A stretch of 64,000 bases of DNA from an uncultured Gemmatimonadaceae bacterium (lineage in GTDB: Bacteria > Gemmatimonadota > Gemmatimonadetes > Gemmatimonadales > Gemmatimonadaceae). Of the stretch, positions 35,796 through 45,970 are shown one piece after another. A model generated the notes under the pieces. The model searched no databases, had not been told where the DNA came from, and saw only the letters and a list, made by a program, of their open reading frames with translations. The stretch spans positions 1,952,001 to 2,016,000 of the forward strand of contig CAVXGK010000002.1 in the NCBI GenBank assembly GCA_963761305.1, in the 5' to 3' direction. The translations under genes and the position numbers were made by a program. Position 1 is the stretch's first letter. Every line of letters begins with the position of its first letter.

Positions 35796-37864
35796 CAGAG
35801 ATGGGGAACGAGATTCGCCGGCCTCACCATCGGATCGCCGGGCTTACAGCCGAACGCGGCCGCGAACGCCGGAAAATTGGAGAGCGGCCCGTTGTCTCGC
35901 CACTTCTCCGGGGCGTGCGGGTCGACGACGACGCGCGTGCGCATCGTCTCGGGACGGTTGTGCGTGCGCCAACTCTGCGCGTAGGCGATGAAGAACCGCT
36001 GCTCGGGCGTGAAGCCGTCGACGAGCTGCTTGGGACGGCCGTTCCGCTGGAGTGCGCGCTGGAGCGCGTCATAGCCGGTGAGAATGCCGCCAAAGTCGGC
36101 GATGTTCTCGCCGAGCGTGAGCTTGCCGTTCACGTGGAGCGTGTCCACCTGGATGTAGCCGTTGAACTGGTCGACGACCTTCTGCGCTTCCTTGGTGAAC
36201 TTGAGGGAATCGGTCGGCGTCCACCAATCGCGGAGGTTGCCCTGTGCGTCGTAGTGGCGGCCTTCGTCGTCGAAGCCGTGCGTCAACTCGTGCCCGGCCC
36301 AACTGCCGCCGAGTGCTCCATAGTTCGCCGCATCGTCGGCGCTCGGGTCGAACGTCTGCGGGACGAGCGCGCCGGCCGGGAAGACCATCTCGTTCTTGGT
36401 GGGATCGTAGAACGCGTTCACCGTGGGAACGGTGATGCCCCACTCCGTCGTGTCGACGGGCGCGCCCGGACGATTCGCGGTGCGCTTCCACTCGAACGCG
36501 TTCGCGCTCGCCACGTTGCCGACAAACGGGCCGTCGGTCGTCACGAGGGCCGAGTAGTCGCGCCACTTGTCCGGGTAGCCGACTTTCTCGTGCATCTTGG
36601 CCAGCTTGTCGAGCGCCTGCTTCTTTGTCGCGTCGGACATCCAGTCGAGCTTCTTCACGCGCTCGCCGAACGAGGCGCGGATGTCGTCGATCACGGCTCT
36701 TGCCCGCGTGCGCGCTTGCGGCGAGAAGGTCTTGGCGATGTACGCCTGGCCGAGCGCTTCGCCGATCAGCCCGTCGGTCGTGCGCAGGCAGCGCTTCCAC
36801 CGAGGCAGCAACTCCTTGGCGCCGCTGAAATGCGAATTGAACTTGAAGTTCTCGTCGACGAACGCCTTGTTGAGATACGGCGACGCCGCGGAGAGCGCAT
36901 GGTAGCGCAGATACGCTTTCCAATCGTCGAGCGGCGTGTTGGCGATCAGCGCGTCGACGCGCTTGAAGAACGCCGGTTCGGCGACGTTGACCTTGTTCAC
37001 TGGAACCGTGACCGCGACGTCGCGCAGATAGGTTGCCCAATCGACGTTCGGCGCAGTCTCGTGGAACTTGGCCATCGTCATCACGTGGTCGGTCGCCGCC
37101 GGGTCGCGACGCGCGACGCGCGTGAGCTGCGACTTCGCCATTTCCGTCTCGAGGGCGAGGATCTTGGCGGCGTCGGCGCGCGCCTTCGCGACGTCTTCAC
37201 CGCCGAGCGTCAGCGTTCTGGCGATGTGAGCGACGTACAACGTTCGCGTCGAATCGGATTCCTTGTCGGTCTTGGTGTAGTAGTCCCGGTCGGGAAGGCC
37301 GAGTCCGCCGGCGTCGAATCCGCCGATGTAGTGCGTGGCGTCGTGGACGTCGACCTGCGCGCCGTACGAGAAGCCGACGTCGGCACCGGCCACCTGGAGG
37401 TGCGCGATCGCCGCGACGAGCGCCGGGCGCGTCTTGATCGAGTCGATCGACGCGAGCAGCGGCTTCACCGGCGAGAGACCGTCGCGCTCGGCCGCCGACG
37501 AGTCCATGCACGTGGCGTAGAAGGTGCCGAGCTTGTGCTCGGTGCTCTGCGCGGGCGTGGAGCCGCGCTTCGCCATGGCGTCGTCGAGCACCGAGCGCAC
37601 GGCGAGCTCGTTGCGGTCGCTCATGTCGCGGCCGACCCCCGACGACGAGTACGCGGCCGGAATCGTGTCGTGCTTGAACCACGTTCCGTTGGCGAAGGAG
37701 AAGAAGTCCACGCACGCGCTCACCGACTTGTCCATGTACGACGGGTCGATGACCTTGAGCGGCGGGAGCGCCTTCTGCGCGACGGCCGGGGCCGAGGCGG
37801 CCGAGAGCGCGAGCGAGGCGAGGATCAGGGAACGGACGTGGCGCCGGAGAGGATTCGGATTCAT
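35792..37864 (-). CDS. M13 family metallopeptidase (neprilysin/PepO-like), secreted
   Basis: VNAFY, HELTH and GENIAD; signal peptide. Confidence 0.95.
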   Translation of the reverse strand: MNPNPLRRHVRSLILASLALSAASAPAVAQKALPPLKVIDPSYMDKSVSACVDFFSFANGTWFKHDTIPAAYSSSGVGRDMSDRNELAVRSVLDDAMAKRGSTPAQSTEHKLGTFYATCMDSSAAERDGLSPVKPLLASIDSIKTRPALVAAIAHLQVAGADVGFSYGAQVDVHDATHYIGGFDAGGLGLPDRDYYTKTDKESDSTRTLYVAHIARTLTLGGEDVAKARADAAKILALETEMAKSQLTRVARRDPAATDHVMTMAKFHETAPNVDWATYLRDVAVTVPVNKVNVAEPAFFKRVDALIANTPLDDWKAYLRYHALSAASPYLNKAFVDENFKFNSHFSGAKELLPRWKRCLRTTDGLIGEALGQAYIAKTFSPQARTRARAVIDDIRASFGERVKKLDWMSDATKKQALDKLAKMHEKVGYPDKWRDYSALVTTDGPFVGNVASANAFEWKRTANRPGAPVDTTEWGITVPTVNAFYDPTKNEMVFPAGALVPQTFDPSADDAANYGALGGSWAGHELTHGFDDEGRHYDAQGNLRDWWTPTDSLKFTKEAQKVVDQFNGYIQVDTLHVNGKLTLGENIADFGGILTGYDALQRALQRNGRPKQLVDGFTPEQRFFIAYAQSWRTHNRPETMRTRVVVDPHAPEKWRDNGPLSNFPAFAAAFGCKPGDPMVRPANLVPHLW

Positions 37865-37976
37865 CGTTCGTGAGGTCGAGGATTGTCGTCGAACGTAGTC
37901 CCGCACTCGAGGACGGTCAACGCGAGCCGCGCCTCCGCCCTTGGTTTACAACTCCAACACACTTCGCTCGCCACCC

Positions 37977-39620
37977 ATGCGGACACTCGTACGCTCGCTC
38001 GCCGCTCTCGCGCTGATTCCTGTCGCCGTTCCCCCGGGGGCGGCCCAGCGCGCGCCGCGAGCGTTCACGCACGCCGACACGCTGCGGGGCAGCAACGGTC
38101 CGGGGCGTGCGTGGTGGGACGCGACGTTCTACGATCTCCACGTGGCGGTGAACCCGGCCGACAGCAGCATCCGCGGCTGGAACGCGATCACGTACCGCGT
38201 GCTCAGCGCGCCGCGCGAGATGCAGATCGATCTACAGACGCCGCTCGAGGTGGATAGCATGCTGCAGGACGGCAAGCGGCTGACCTATCGACGCGACGGG
38301 AACGCGTTCTTCGTGAACGTGCCGACGGCGCGCGCCGCGGCGACGGGAACGGTCACCGTCTTCTATCATGGCAAGCCGCGCGTCGCGATGCGGCCGCCTT
38401 GGGACGGGGGCTACATCTGGCAGCAGGACAGCCTTGGACGCCGCTGGATCGCGACGGCCAACGAAGGACTCGGCGCGAGCGTGTGGTGGCCGAACAAGGA
38501 CTATCTGGCCGACGAGCCGGACAGCCAGCGGATCGCGATCACGGTGCCCGACTCGATGGTCGACGTCTCGAACGGACGTCTGCGCAACACGACCCACAAC
38601 GCCGATGGCACGACCACCTACGAGTGGTTCGTCGCCGACCCGATCAACAACTACGACGTCGAAGTGAACGCCGGGCAGTACGCGCATTGGAGCGACACGT
38701 TCAACGGCGAAAGCGGCCCGTTGTCGCTCGACTTCTGGGTGATCTCCTACCATGCCGACACGGCGAAGGTGCAATTCCAGCAGGCGAAGTCGATGCTCGC
38801 GTGCTTCGAGCACTGGTTCGGACCATACCCGTGGTACAAGGACGGCTACAAGCTGATCGAAGCGCCGCACCTGGGCATGGAGCACCAGAGCGGCGTCGCG
38901 TACGGCAACAAGTTCAAGAACGGCTACAGCGGCCGCGATCTCTCGGGCACGGGCGAGGGGATGAAATGGGATTTCATCATCGTGCACGAGAGCGCGCACG
39001 AGTGGTGGGGGAACAGCATCACGGTCAAAGACGCCGCCGACATGTGGATCCACGAAGGTTTCGCCAACTACGCCGAGGGGCTCTACGCCGAGTGCCAGGA
39101 CGGCAAGGAGGCGGGCGCACAGTACATCATCGGGAGCCGCCGCAACATCCGGAACGACGCCCCGATCATCGGCACGTACGGCGTGAACTCGGAAGGTTCG
39201 GGCGACATGTACTACAAGGGCGGCAGCATGCTGCACATGATCCGCCAACTGGTGAACGACGACGAAAAATGGCGTTCGATCCTGCGCGGCATCCAGTCCA
39301 CCTTCCGGCACAAGACGGTGACGGGCCAGCAGATCGAGGACTACATGATCAAGGCGTCGGGGCTGAACCTCGCGCCGATCTTCCAGCAGTATCTGACGAC
39401 GACCAAGATTCCAACTCTCGAGTACAAACAAACCGGCGCCGGAACGGAGTACCGCTGGGCGGACGTGGTGCCCGGTTTCGCGATGCCGGTGCGCGCCAAC
39501 GGCACGCTGCTGCGCCCGACGGAAGCCTGGAAGACGATGCCGCACGCCGACACGCTCGCCGTCGACCCGAACTTCTACGTGTTGACGAAGAAGCTCGAGC
39601 CGACGGCAGGCGGCGGTTAG
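37977..39620 (+). CDS. M1 family aminopeptidase, secreted
   Basis: GMEH, HESAHEWWG...WIHEGFANY, YYKG. Confidence 0.93.
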   Translation: MRTLVRSLAALALIPVAVPPGAAQRAPRAFTHADTLRGSNGPGRAWWDATFYDLHVAVNPADSSIRGWNAITYRVLSAPREMQIDLQTPLEVDSMLQDGKRLTYRRDGNAFFVNVPTARAAATGTVTVFYHGKPRVAMRPPWDGGYIWQQDSLGRRWIATANEGLGASVWWPNKDYLADEPDSQRIAITVPDSMVDVSNGRLRNTTHNADGTTTYEWFVADPINNYDVEVNAGQYAHWSDTFNGESGPLSLDFWVISYHADTAKVQFQQAKSMLACFEHWFGPYPWYKDGYKLIEAPHLGMEHQSGVAYGNKFKNGYSGRDLSGTGEGMKWDFIIVHESAHEWWGNSITVKDAADMWIHEGFANYAEGLYAECQDGKEAGAQYIIGSRRNIRNDAPIIGTYGVNSEGSGDMYYKGGSMLHMIRQLVNDDEKWRSILRGIQSTFRHKTVTGQQIEDYMIKASGLNLAPIFQQYLTTTKIPTLEYKQTGAGTEYRWADVVPGFAMPVRANGTLLRPTEAWKTMPHADTLAVDPNFYVLTKKLEPTAGGG

Positions 39621-42600
39621 GGAGCGATTCGCTTGGTGTAGTCCGGCGCCGTCGGACGCTTGGGCTGTTTTTCAACCGCGGTCATCACTTCCTTGATCGC
39701 CGCTTCGAGCTGCGGATCGACGCCCTTCGCGAGCTGCGTCGGGTCGTCGACGACGTCGATGTCGGGCTCCACACCGTGGCCTTCGATGATCCATTTGCCG
39801 TCGGTCCCATAGACGGCGAATGTCGGCGCGGTGACGTTGCCACCGTCGACGAAGGACGGCGTGCCACTGATGCCGATGAGTCCACCCCACGTGCGTCGGC
39901 CGATCAGGGGCCCAAGTCCGCGTTGCTTGAAGTAGTACGGGAACGCGTCACCGCCCGAGCCGCTCCAGCCGTTGACGAGCATCGCCTTCGGCCCGGCGTT
40001 GGCGATCGGTGGCGTCTGCTGCGGCACGCCGTCGCGCGTCTTCCAATAGCTCTCGATCGGACGGTCGAGCAGCTCGACGAAGCGATCGGGAATCTGTCCG
40101 CCGCTGTTGAACCGTTCGTCGATGATCATGCCGTCCTTGTCGGTCTGGGCGCGGTACTGCCGCACGAGCTCCGTCTGGCCGTCGATGCCGGTGTTCGGGA
40201 CGTAGACGTATCCGACGCGTCCGTGCGTCGCCTGATCGACGCGCTTTCGGTTCGACTCGATCCACGCGAGGTTGCGCAAGCGCGATTCGTCGGCGAGCGG
40301 CTTGACGAGCACCGTGCGTGCGCCGGTGAGCGTCGGTTTGTCGTTGACCGTGATCGACACGACGGCGTTCGCCAGGCCCTCGAACGATGCGCCGACGTCC
40401 TTCGTCGGATCGAGCGGCTTGCCGTTCACGGCGAGCAGGTAATCGCCTTCACTCACCTTGATGCCCGGGCGCTTGAGCGGCGACCGCACTTCGCTGTCCC
40501 ACTCGCCGCCGTCGTAGATCTTGGTGATGCAGAGGTAGCCGCCCTCGAGCGCGAAGTCGGCGCCGAGGAGACCGATGTTGCGGCGCGGGCCGTTCTCGTA
40601 CTGGCCGCCCTGCACGTACGTGTGCGACGAGTTCAGCTCGCCGATCAATTCGCCGAGCACGAACGACACGTCCCATCGCGAGACGGCGTCGTCGATCAGC
40701 TTGCCGTAGCGCGAGCGCATCGTGTTCCAGTCGACGCCGTGCATGCCCGGGTCGTAGAAGTAATCGCGCTCGATGCGCCACGCGTCGTTGAACATCTGGT
40801 GCCACTCGGCCGATGGATCGACGGTCATCGTCATCGTCGCCGTGGCGAGCTTCTTGTCGAGCTTCTGCGCGGGCTTGGGGTCGACGATGAACCAGTCCTG
40901 CGCGTTGCGGACGAGGATCTTCTTGCCGTCGTCTGACGTGACGAAGCCCAGCGCGTTGTCGACGATCGTTTTCTCTTCGCGGTCGCTCAGCTCGAACGAG
41001 ATGATCGGCGTCGGCCCCTGCGCGGCGCCGGTGCGAATGCCCCGCCGGTAGAGGACGCGGCCCGAGAGCGCCGTGAGCCCCGAGTAGTTGCCCGGCGCCG
41101 CCGGCAGCACGTCGACGCGTCGTTCGAAATCCGTGAAATCGATGTTCACGTCTCCGCCCTTGACGGGGGCGGTCGCTTCGGGCGGCGCGCCTTCCTCGTC
41201 GCTGCGCGGCGCGAGCGGCGACGCGACGTCGGCACGCAGCGGCACGACGACGACGTTCGTGCTGTTGACGTACGCCCACGAGTTGTCGAGATCGCTGTAC
41301 GACGGCGCGAACGTGCGGCTCGACAGGAAGTAGAGGTACTTGCCGTCGGGGTCGAACGACGGCGAGCGGTCGTTGTAGTAGCCGGTCGTCACCTGGTGCG
41401 GCGCGCCGCCGGTGCGGGCGTCGTAGATGAAGATCGCGTTCTGCGCGTTGGGGAGATCGCGCGAATACGCCAGCCATCGGCTGTCGCCGGACCAACTCAC
41501 GTGGAAGCCGGCGAGGTTTCCGTGCAGCCAGTTGAGCGCCTTGTCGACGTTCGTCACCTGGCCCGACGTGACGTCGACGACGTGGATGCGCATCGCCTGG
41601 TCGATGAACGCGATCTTCTTGCTGTCGGGCGACCAGTACGGTTGATACCGGAAGCCGGGGCCGAGCTTGGTGACCGTGCGCTCTTCGCCGGAACCGTCGG
41701 CGTTGCGCAGTGTGAGCTCGTACTCGCCGGTCTTGTCGCTCCAGTACGCGATGAGCTTGCCGTCGGGAGACCAAGCCGGCGTGCGCTCGGCCGACGCGGA
41801 CGTCTCGGTGAGATCGCGGACCGGGCCGTTCTCGGCGGGTACGGTGAACAGATCGCCGTGCGCCTCGAAGAGCGCGCGCTTGCCCGTCGGCGAAAGCGAC
41901 GCCGACGCGATCTCGGTGCCCACGTCCTGCGGATGCGGGCGAAGCGACGCACGATCGGTCACGACGTGCACCGGGACCTCGTGCATCTTCTCGGTGGCGA
42001 GGTCGAGGAGATACATGCGGCTTCCCGCCTGGAAGACGATGTCGGACGGGCCGAGCGACGGATACTTCACGTCGAAGTCGCCGAAGTCGGTGACCTGATG
42101 GAAGCGCGTCGTCTTGGTGTCGTACGCCCAGATGTTGCCGCGCTCGTTCTTGCCGCGATCGGAGAGAAAGAAGAGCGTCGAGCCGGACCACATCGGCTGC
42201 CCGTCGTTGGCCTCGTCGTGCGTGATGTTCTTGGACGCGTGCGTGTCGAGGTCGAAGGTCCAGATGTCGGGCGCCCAGCCGCCGCGGTAGCGCTTCCACG
42301 TGCGTGCGTCGACCGCCTCGGGGAGATAGGCGATCGTTTTCGCGTCCGGCGAGAACGACGCGAACTCGCCGTACGGCACGGGGAGCGCGACGGGCACGCC
42401 GCCGGTCTTCGAGATCTTGAACAACTTGTTGTAGCGGTTGGTCTCGCTCGTCCGATTCGACGCGATGAGGAGCGATTGGCCGTCCGGATACCAGGCGACC
42501 ACACGATCGCTGCCGGGATGGTACGTCAGGCGCGTCGCTTCGCCGCCGGCCGCCGGGATCGTGTAGACCTCGTCGTTGCCGTCGTAGTCGGCGGTGAAGG

Positions 42601-42856
42601 CAATCGTCTTCCCGTCGGGCGAGAACCTTGGAAAGCTCTCTTCGCCGCGCGCCGTCGTGAGACGCTCGGCGGTGCCGCCCGTCTTGGGCATGATCCAGAT
42701 GTCGCCGCCGTAGATGAACGCGATCTGCGTCGCGGAGACGGTCGGCTGGCGGAGCATGCGGGCGTCGATCTGCGCGCTGAGCGAGGCGGGAGTGGCGGAC
42801 ATGGCGACGGCGCAGGCGGCACCAGTGGCCACGGCACCAAGTACGTAGGAACGCAT
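39617..42856 (-). CDS. Tricorn protease homolog (S41, PD40 repeats, PDZ)
   Basis: WKRYRGG, ELNSSH, DERFNSGG, SGSGGD, RTWGG, GVEPD. Confidence 0.95.
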   Translation of the reverse strand: MRSYVLGAVATGAACAVAMSATPASLSAQIDARMLRQPTVSATQIAFIYGGDIWIMPKTGGTAERLTTARGEESFPRFSPDGKTIAFTADYDGNDEVYTIPAAGGEATRLTYHPGSDRVVAWYPDGQSLLIASNRTSETNRYNKLFKISKTGGVPVALPVPYGEFASFSPDAKTIAYLPEAVDARTWKRYRGGWAPDIWTFDLDTHASKNITHDEANDGQPMWSGSTLFFLSDRGKNERGNIWAYDTKTTRFHQVTDFGDFDVKYPSLGPSDIVFQAGSRMYLLDLATEKMHEVPVHVVTDRASLRPHPQDVGTEIASASLSPTGKRALFEAHGDLFTVPAENGPVRDLTETSASAERTPAWSPDGKLIAYWSDKTGEYELTLRNADGSGEERTVTKLGPGFRYQPYWSPDSKKIAFIDQAMRIHVVDVTSGQVTNVDKALNWLHGNLAGFHVSWSGDSRWLAYSRDLPNAQNAIFIYDARTGGAPHQVTTGYYNDRSPSFDPDGKYLYFLSSRTFAPSYSDLDNSWAYVNSTNVVVVPLRADVASPLAPRSDEEGAPPEATAPVKGGDVNIDFTDFERRVDVLPAAPGNYSGLTALSGRVLYRRGIRTGAAQGPTPIISFELSDREEKTIVDNALGFVTSDDGKKILVRNAQDWFIVDPKPAQKLDKKLATATMTMTVDPSAEWHQMFNDAWRIERDYFYDPGMHGVDWNTMRSRYGKLIDDAVSRWDVSFVLGELIGELNSSHTYVQGGQYENGPRRNIGLLGADFALEGGYLCITKIYDGGEWDSEVRSPLKRPGIKVSEGDYLLAVNGKPLDPTKDVGASFEGLANAVVSITVNDKPTLTGARTVLVKPLADESRLRNLAWIESNRKRVDQATHGRVGYVYVPNTGIDGQTELVRQYRAQTDKDGMIIDERFNSGGQIPDRFVELLDRPIESYWKTRDGVPQQTPPIANAGPKAMLVNGWSGSGGDAFPYYFKQRGLGPLIGRRTWGGLIGISGTPSFVDGGNVTAPTFAVYGTDGKWIIEGHGVEPDIDVVDDPTQLAKGVDPQLEAAIKEVMTAVEKQPKRPTAPDYTKRIAP

Positions 42857-42988
42857 AGAGGGAGGAGTCGAGAGTGAGCAGGAAATGCGCTGCCGCTCGC
42901 AAGCTGCGACTCGCCCAGAGTCCTGTCAATCGAAATGAGGACAACCCGGCTCTTTACAGCTTCTGAATCCCTGTATGGAACCAATGAA

Positions 42989-43012
42989 GCGGAGCGTCAT
43001 ATGACGTTCCGC
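42989..43012. promoter_or_regulatory. Near-perfect palindrome in the divergent promoter region
   Basis: gcggagcgtcat/atgacgttccgc (1 mismatch); TTGACA on the minus strand at 42924-42929. Confidence 0.35.
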
Positions 43013-43081
43013 CTCGCCGTTGCCGAATGATGGGTCCCGAGTTGGCACTGTTTCACTCTCACCTTCTCGATGGAGCTCGAC

Positions 43082-43699
43082 ATGCGCTCAACGCTGGCAC
43101 TGCGGTACTTCGCACAGATCGCCGCCGCAATTGGTCTCGTGGGAACCGGACTGGCGGCGCAAACACTGCGCACGGAAACAGCGATTCACCCTGGTGCCTG
43201 GATTGTCGGCGGAACAGGATCTCTCGATCTGGCAAACAGTCCGAGTTCCCAGAGCAATCTTTCGCTCAACCCGCTGGGCCTCGTGCTGGTCAACAACCGC
43301 CTCGCGGTTGGTGCAGAGGGTGCTCTGGGCCTCGCCTCGAGCGACAACGGTCACACGGCGTTGTGGGGGATCGGGCCGACAGCTCGACTGTTCCTTGGCG
43401 ATGTCTCGAGCCGCGTCCTGCCGTTCTTCTCCGCGACGGTCCTTCCCGAGTGGAGTCACCAATTTCAGCGTCCGATCGATTTCGACGAGCGAATTCTCAC
43501 ACTGGATGGTTCGTTCGGATCGACCTTCATGTTGACGTCAAAAGCCGGGCTCACCGGCGAGGTGTACGTGACTCATTTCGATTTCCGCCAGACCACGCCG
43601 TTTGTTGATGGGACTACCGGACAGCCGGGGACAGGCGTCGCGTCCGGCGGGTCGACTCACTACGGCATGCGATTCGGGTTCACGGTCTTCGTGCATTGA
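43082..43699 (+). CDS. Probable outer-membrane beta-barrel protein
   Basis: Signal peptide, amphipathic strands, C-terminal GMRFGFTVF. Confidence 0.7.
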   Translation: MRSTLALRYFAQIAAAIGLVGTGLAAQTLRTETAIHPGAWIVGGTGSLDLANSPSSQSNLSLNPLGLVLVNNRLAVGAEGALGLASSDNGHTALWGIGPTARLFLGDVSSRVLPFFSATVLPEWSHQFQRPIDFDERILTLDGSFGSTFMLTSKAGLTGEVYVTHFDFRQTTPFVDGTTGQPGTGVASGGSTHYGMRFGFTVFVH

Positions 43700-43700
43700 C

Positions 43701-43732
43701 GGTGGCCCGGTAGACCGGTGGACCGGTAGACC
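43701..43732 (+). repeat. 8-bp GGTRGACC-type tandem repeat (4 units)
   Basis: ggtggccc ggtagacc ggtggacc ggtagacc right after the stop codon. Confidence 0.75.
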
Positions 43733-43744
43733 GTATTCTGAGTC

Positions 43745-44776
43745 GTGCGAAAACTCATGGGTCTTCTCGCCGTGCTTGCCGTCGTTGGGCATCGCACGCA
43801 AGCGCAGCAGCTCGAGGCGCTGTGGTATTCGACCGGGAGCGAGCGGAGCACCGGGAGCTTCCTCGCCAACGCGAGTCATATCTCTATCGTCTCGCCGCAG
43901 GTCTTTGCGTTCGACAAGGAGGGGGCGATCCATGGGCATCTGGATCGCCGCCTCGTGGACACCGCGCGCGCGAAGGGCGTGAAGCTCGTGCCGCTCGTGG
44001 TGAATCCAGGATTCGACCAGCCGTTGATTCACCGAATCCTCAACGTCGCGACGGTGCGGCAGCGGGCGATCGAGAGTCTCGTTGCCCTCTGTCGCGACCA
44101 ACACCTCGACGGCATTCAGTTCGACGTCGAGAACGTGAACATCGTCGACAAGAACGCGTTCACGAGCTTCGTCCGCGACGCTGCGGCCCGACTCCACGCG
44201 GCGAACTGCTCCGTTTCGGCCGCCGTCGTGCCGCGCACAGGCGAGAACCCGGGACCGAGCGCGTACCACAAATGGATCTTCGAGAACTGGCGCGGCGCGT
44301 ACGACTACAAGGCGCTCGCCGAGTCGCTCGATTTTCTGTCGTACATGACGTACGCCGAGCACACGGGCGGCACGCCACCGGGACCGGTCGCCGGCTATCC
44401 GTGGATGGAGGAGTGTCTCCAGTACGTGCTCTCACTCGGTGTGCCGCCGTCCAAGATCTCGCTGGGGATTCCGTCGTACTCGGACCACTGGTACGCGTCG
44501 TACGACGCGGCCGAGGGCGCGCGATCGAAGGCCGGCGATTCAGAGTTCGGGAAGGTCGATTCGCTGGTGAAGACCTTTCACGCGACGCTCGTGTGGGACG
44601 ACCGCGAGAAAGCGTCATACGCGTTCTGGAGCAATGCCGGCGTGTTCGAGCACGTGTGGATCGAGGACGCGCGCGCGTTCGCAGCGAAGCTCGAGTTGGT
44701 GCGAAAGTACAAACTGCGGGGATACTCGGTGTGGGTGCTCGGCACCGAAGATCCGGGCGTGTGGGAGCTTCGGTAA
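43745..44776 (+). CDS. Glycoside hydrolase family 18, secreted
   Basis: DGIQFDVE (DxxDxE), MTYAEH, KISLGIPSY, WVLG. Confidence 0.92.
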   Translation: MRKLMGLLAVLAVVGHRTQAQQLEALWYSTGSERSTGSFLANASHISIVSPQVFAFDKEGAIHGHLDRRLVDTARAKGVKLVPLVVNPGFDQPLIHRILNVATVRQRAIESLVALCRDQHLDGIQFDVENVNIVDKNAFTSFVRDAAARLHAANCSVSAAVVPRTGENPGPSAYHKWIFENWRGAYDYKALAESLDFLSYMTYAEHTGGTPPGPVAGYPWMEECLQYVLSLGVPPSKISLGIPSYSDHWYASYDAAEGARSKAGDSEFGKVDSLVKTFHATLVWDDREKASYAFWSNAGVFEHVWIEDARAFAAKLELVRKYKLRGYSVWVLGTEDPGVWELR

Positions 44777-44807
44777 CTGACTCGGCTTCCGGCTGGCGGT
44801 CCGTCGG

Positions 44808-45254
44808 CTACGGCTGACGGATGCTGCTGGCGGCCGGCGAGCTGCGTTCAGCGGGGACGGCACCTCTGTACCGGCGGAGCAGGCGGAATGCCGAGACAGC
44901 GAAGCCTAGGGCGACGAGCGAGACCAGGAGTTGGGTGGACGGGCGCCACTGGTGTTGCGCCGCGGCCGCGAGCGCGCTGTACGCGAACAGCCCTGCCGCC
45001 AGGACCGCGCCGGGCCACTCCTCCCTTTCGAGCAGCCACGCCGCGATGAAATAGACCACCGCGGTCATGGTGCCGGCGGCGACTCCCTTCGGATTCCTGA
45101 GGATCACATGCCAGCCGGAATCCGAGCCCGGGCGGGCCCGAACGAGTAGGAGTCCGAGCAGCGACACGATCCACACGGCGCCGGGCAAGACGGCGAAGAT
45201 CGCCGTCGCAGTCACCACCCACGCGTTCGGATAACCGACGGCCGGTTTGGGCAT
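44808..45254 (-). CDS. Hypothetical membrane protein (4 TM)
   Basis: Hydrophobic segments from ATG 45254 (MPKPAVGYPNAW). Confidence 0.6.
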   Translation of the reverse strand: MPKPAVGYPNAWVVTATAIFAVLPGAVWIVSLLGLLLVRARPGSDSGWHVILRNPKGVAAGTMTAVVYFIAAWLLEREEWPGAVLAAGLFAYSALAAAAQHQWRPSTQLLVSLVALGFAVSAFRLLRRYRGAVPAERSSPAASSIRQP

Positions 45255-45289
45255 GACGAAAGTTGAATACCTGTTAGTCGATTGATCCG

Positions 45290-45754
45290 TCAGCCGTCGG
45301 CGGCGGTTTTCCCGACTTCGAACGCCACGCGAACATCCACGATCGCGACCGCGACCGTTCCGTAGAGGGGTCACCGCCGCTTGAAGCCCTCGACCAGCGC
45401 GGCCGCTTGCGCGCCGTCGGTGCCCCACAGCGTGAAGTCCAGGCGAACGGAATTCATCGTCGTGACGTCGGTGCGCGACTGTTTGGCGCGATCGACTTCG
45501 CCGTGAATCCGCACGGCGACGCGTGCGAGCGGCACGTTGGTGTCGCGCGCGATGACGTGGACGAGCTCCACGCCGCACGCGGCGATCGAGGAGAGAAATT
45601 GCTCGATGGGCGTGATCGCTTCGCCGGGACAGCCGTTCTGCACGGGACCGTCGACGATGAAGTGGTGGTCGCGCGCGCTGCAGAGCACGCGGCCAAAGAC
45701 GTCGGTCGAGCGGGCGGCGACGTCGTAGGTGCGGAGGGTGGCGGGTGCGGTCAT
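45290..45754 (-). CDS. OsmC-like peroxiredoxin, probable selenoprotein (Sec at TGA 45371-45373)
   Basis: TPIEQFLSSIAAC (first Cys), then FKRR-TGA-PLYGTVAVAIVDVRVAFEV at the position of the conserved second Cys-Pro; SECIS-like hairpin follows. Confidence 0.85.
45339..45358 (-). promoter_or_regulatory. Bacterial SECIS-like hairpin
   Basis: ACGGUCGC-GGUC-GCGAUCGU starts 12 nt after UGA and has a G-leading apical loop. Confidence 0.7.
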
Positions 45755-45970
45755 TCGGAGTCGGAGCGAGGACCAGGCACGGAGGGCGGGGGCATGGCCA
45801 ATTCTACGAACTGCGGGTCGCCTCCGCGATGCGGCCAGACCGCCGCCTGATCGCGCCCCGAGAGCGCGCGAAATGGGGTTGAGCCTTCCGGAGGACTACC
45901 GGACGCGGAGGTACCAGCGTCCCCATGCTCCGGGCCGTAGAATTAGACGTCCCTTCCCCCGCACAAACCG

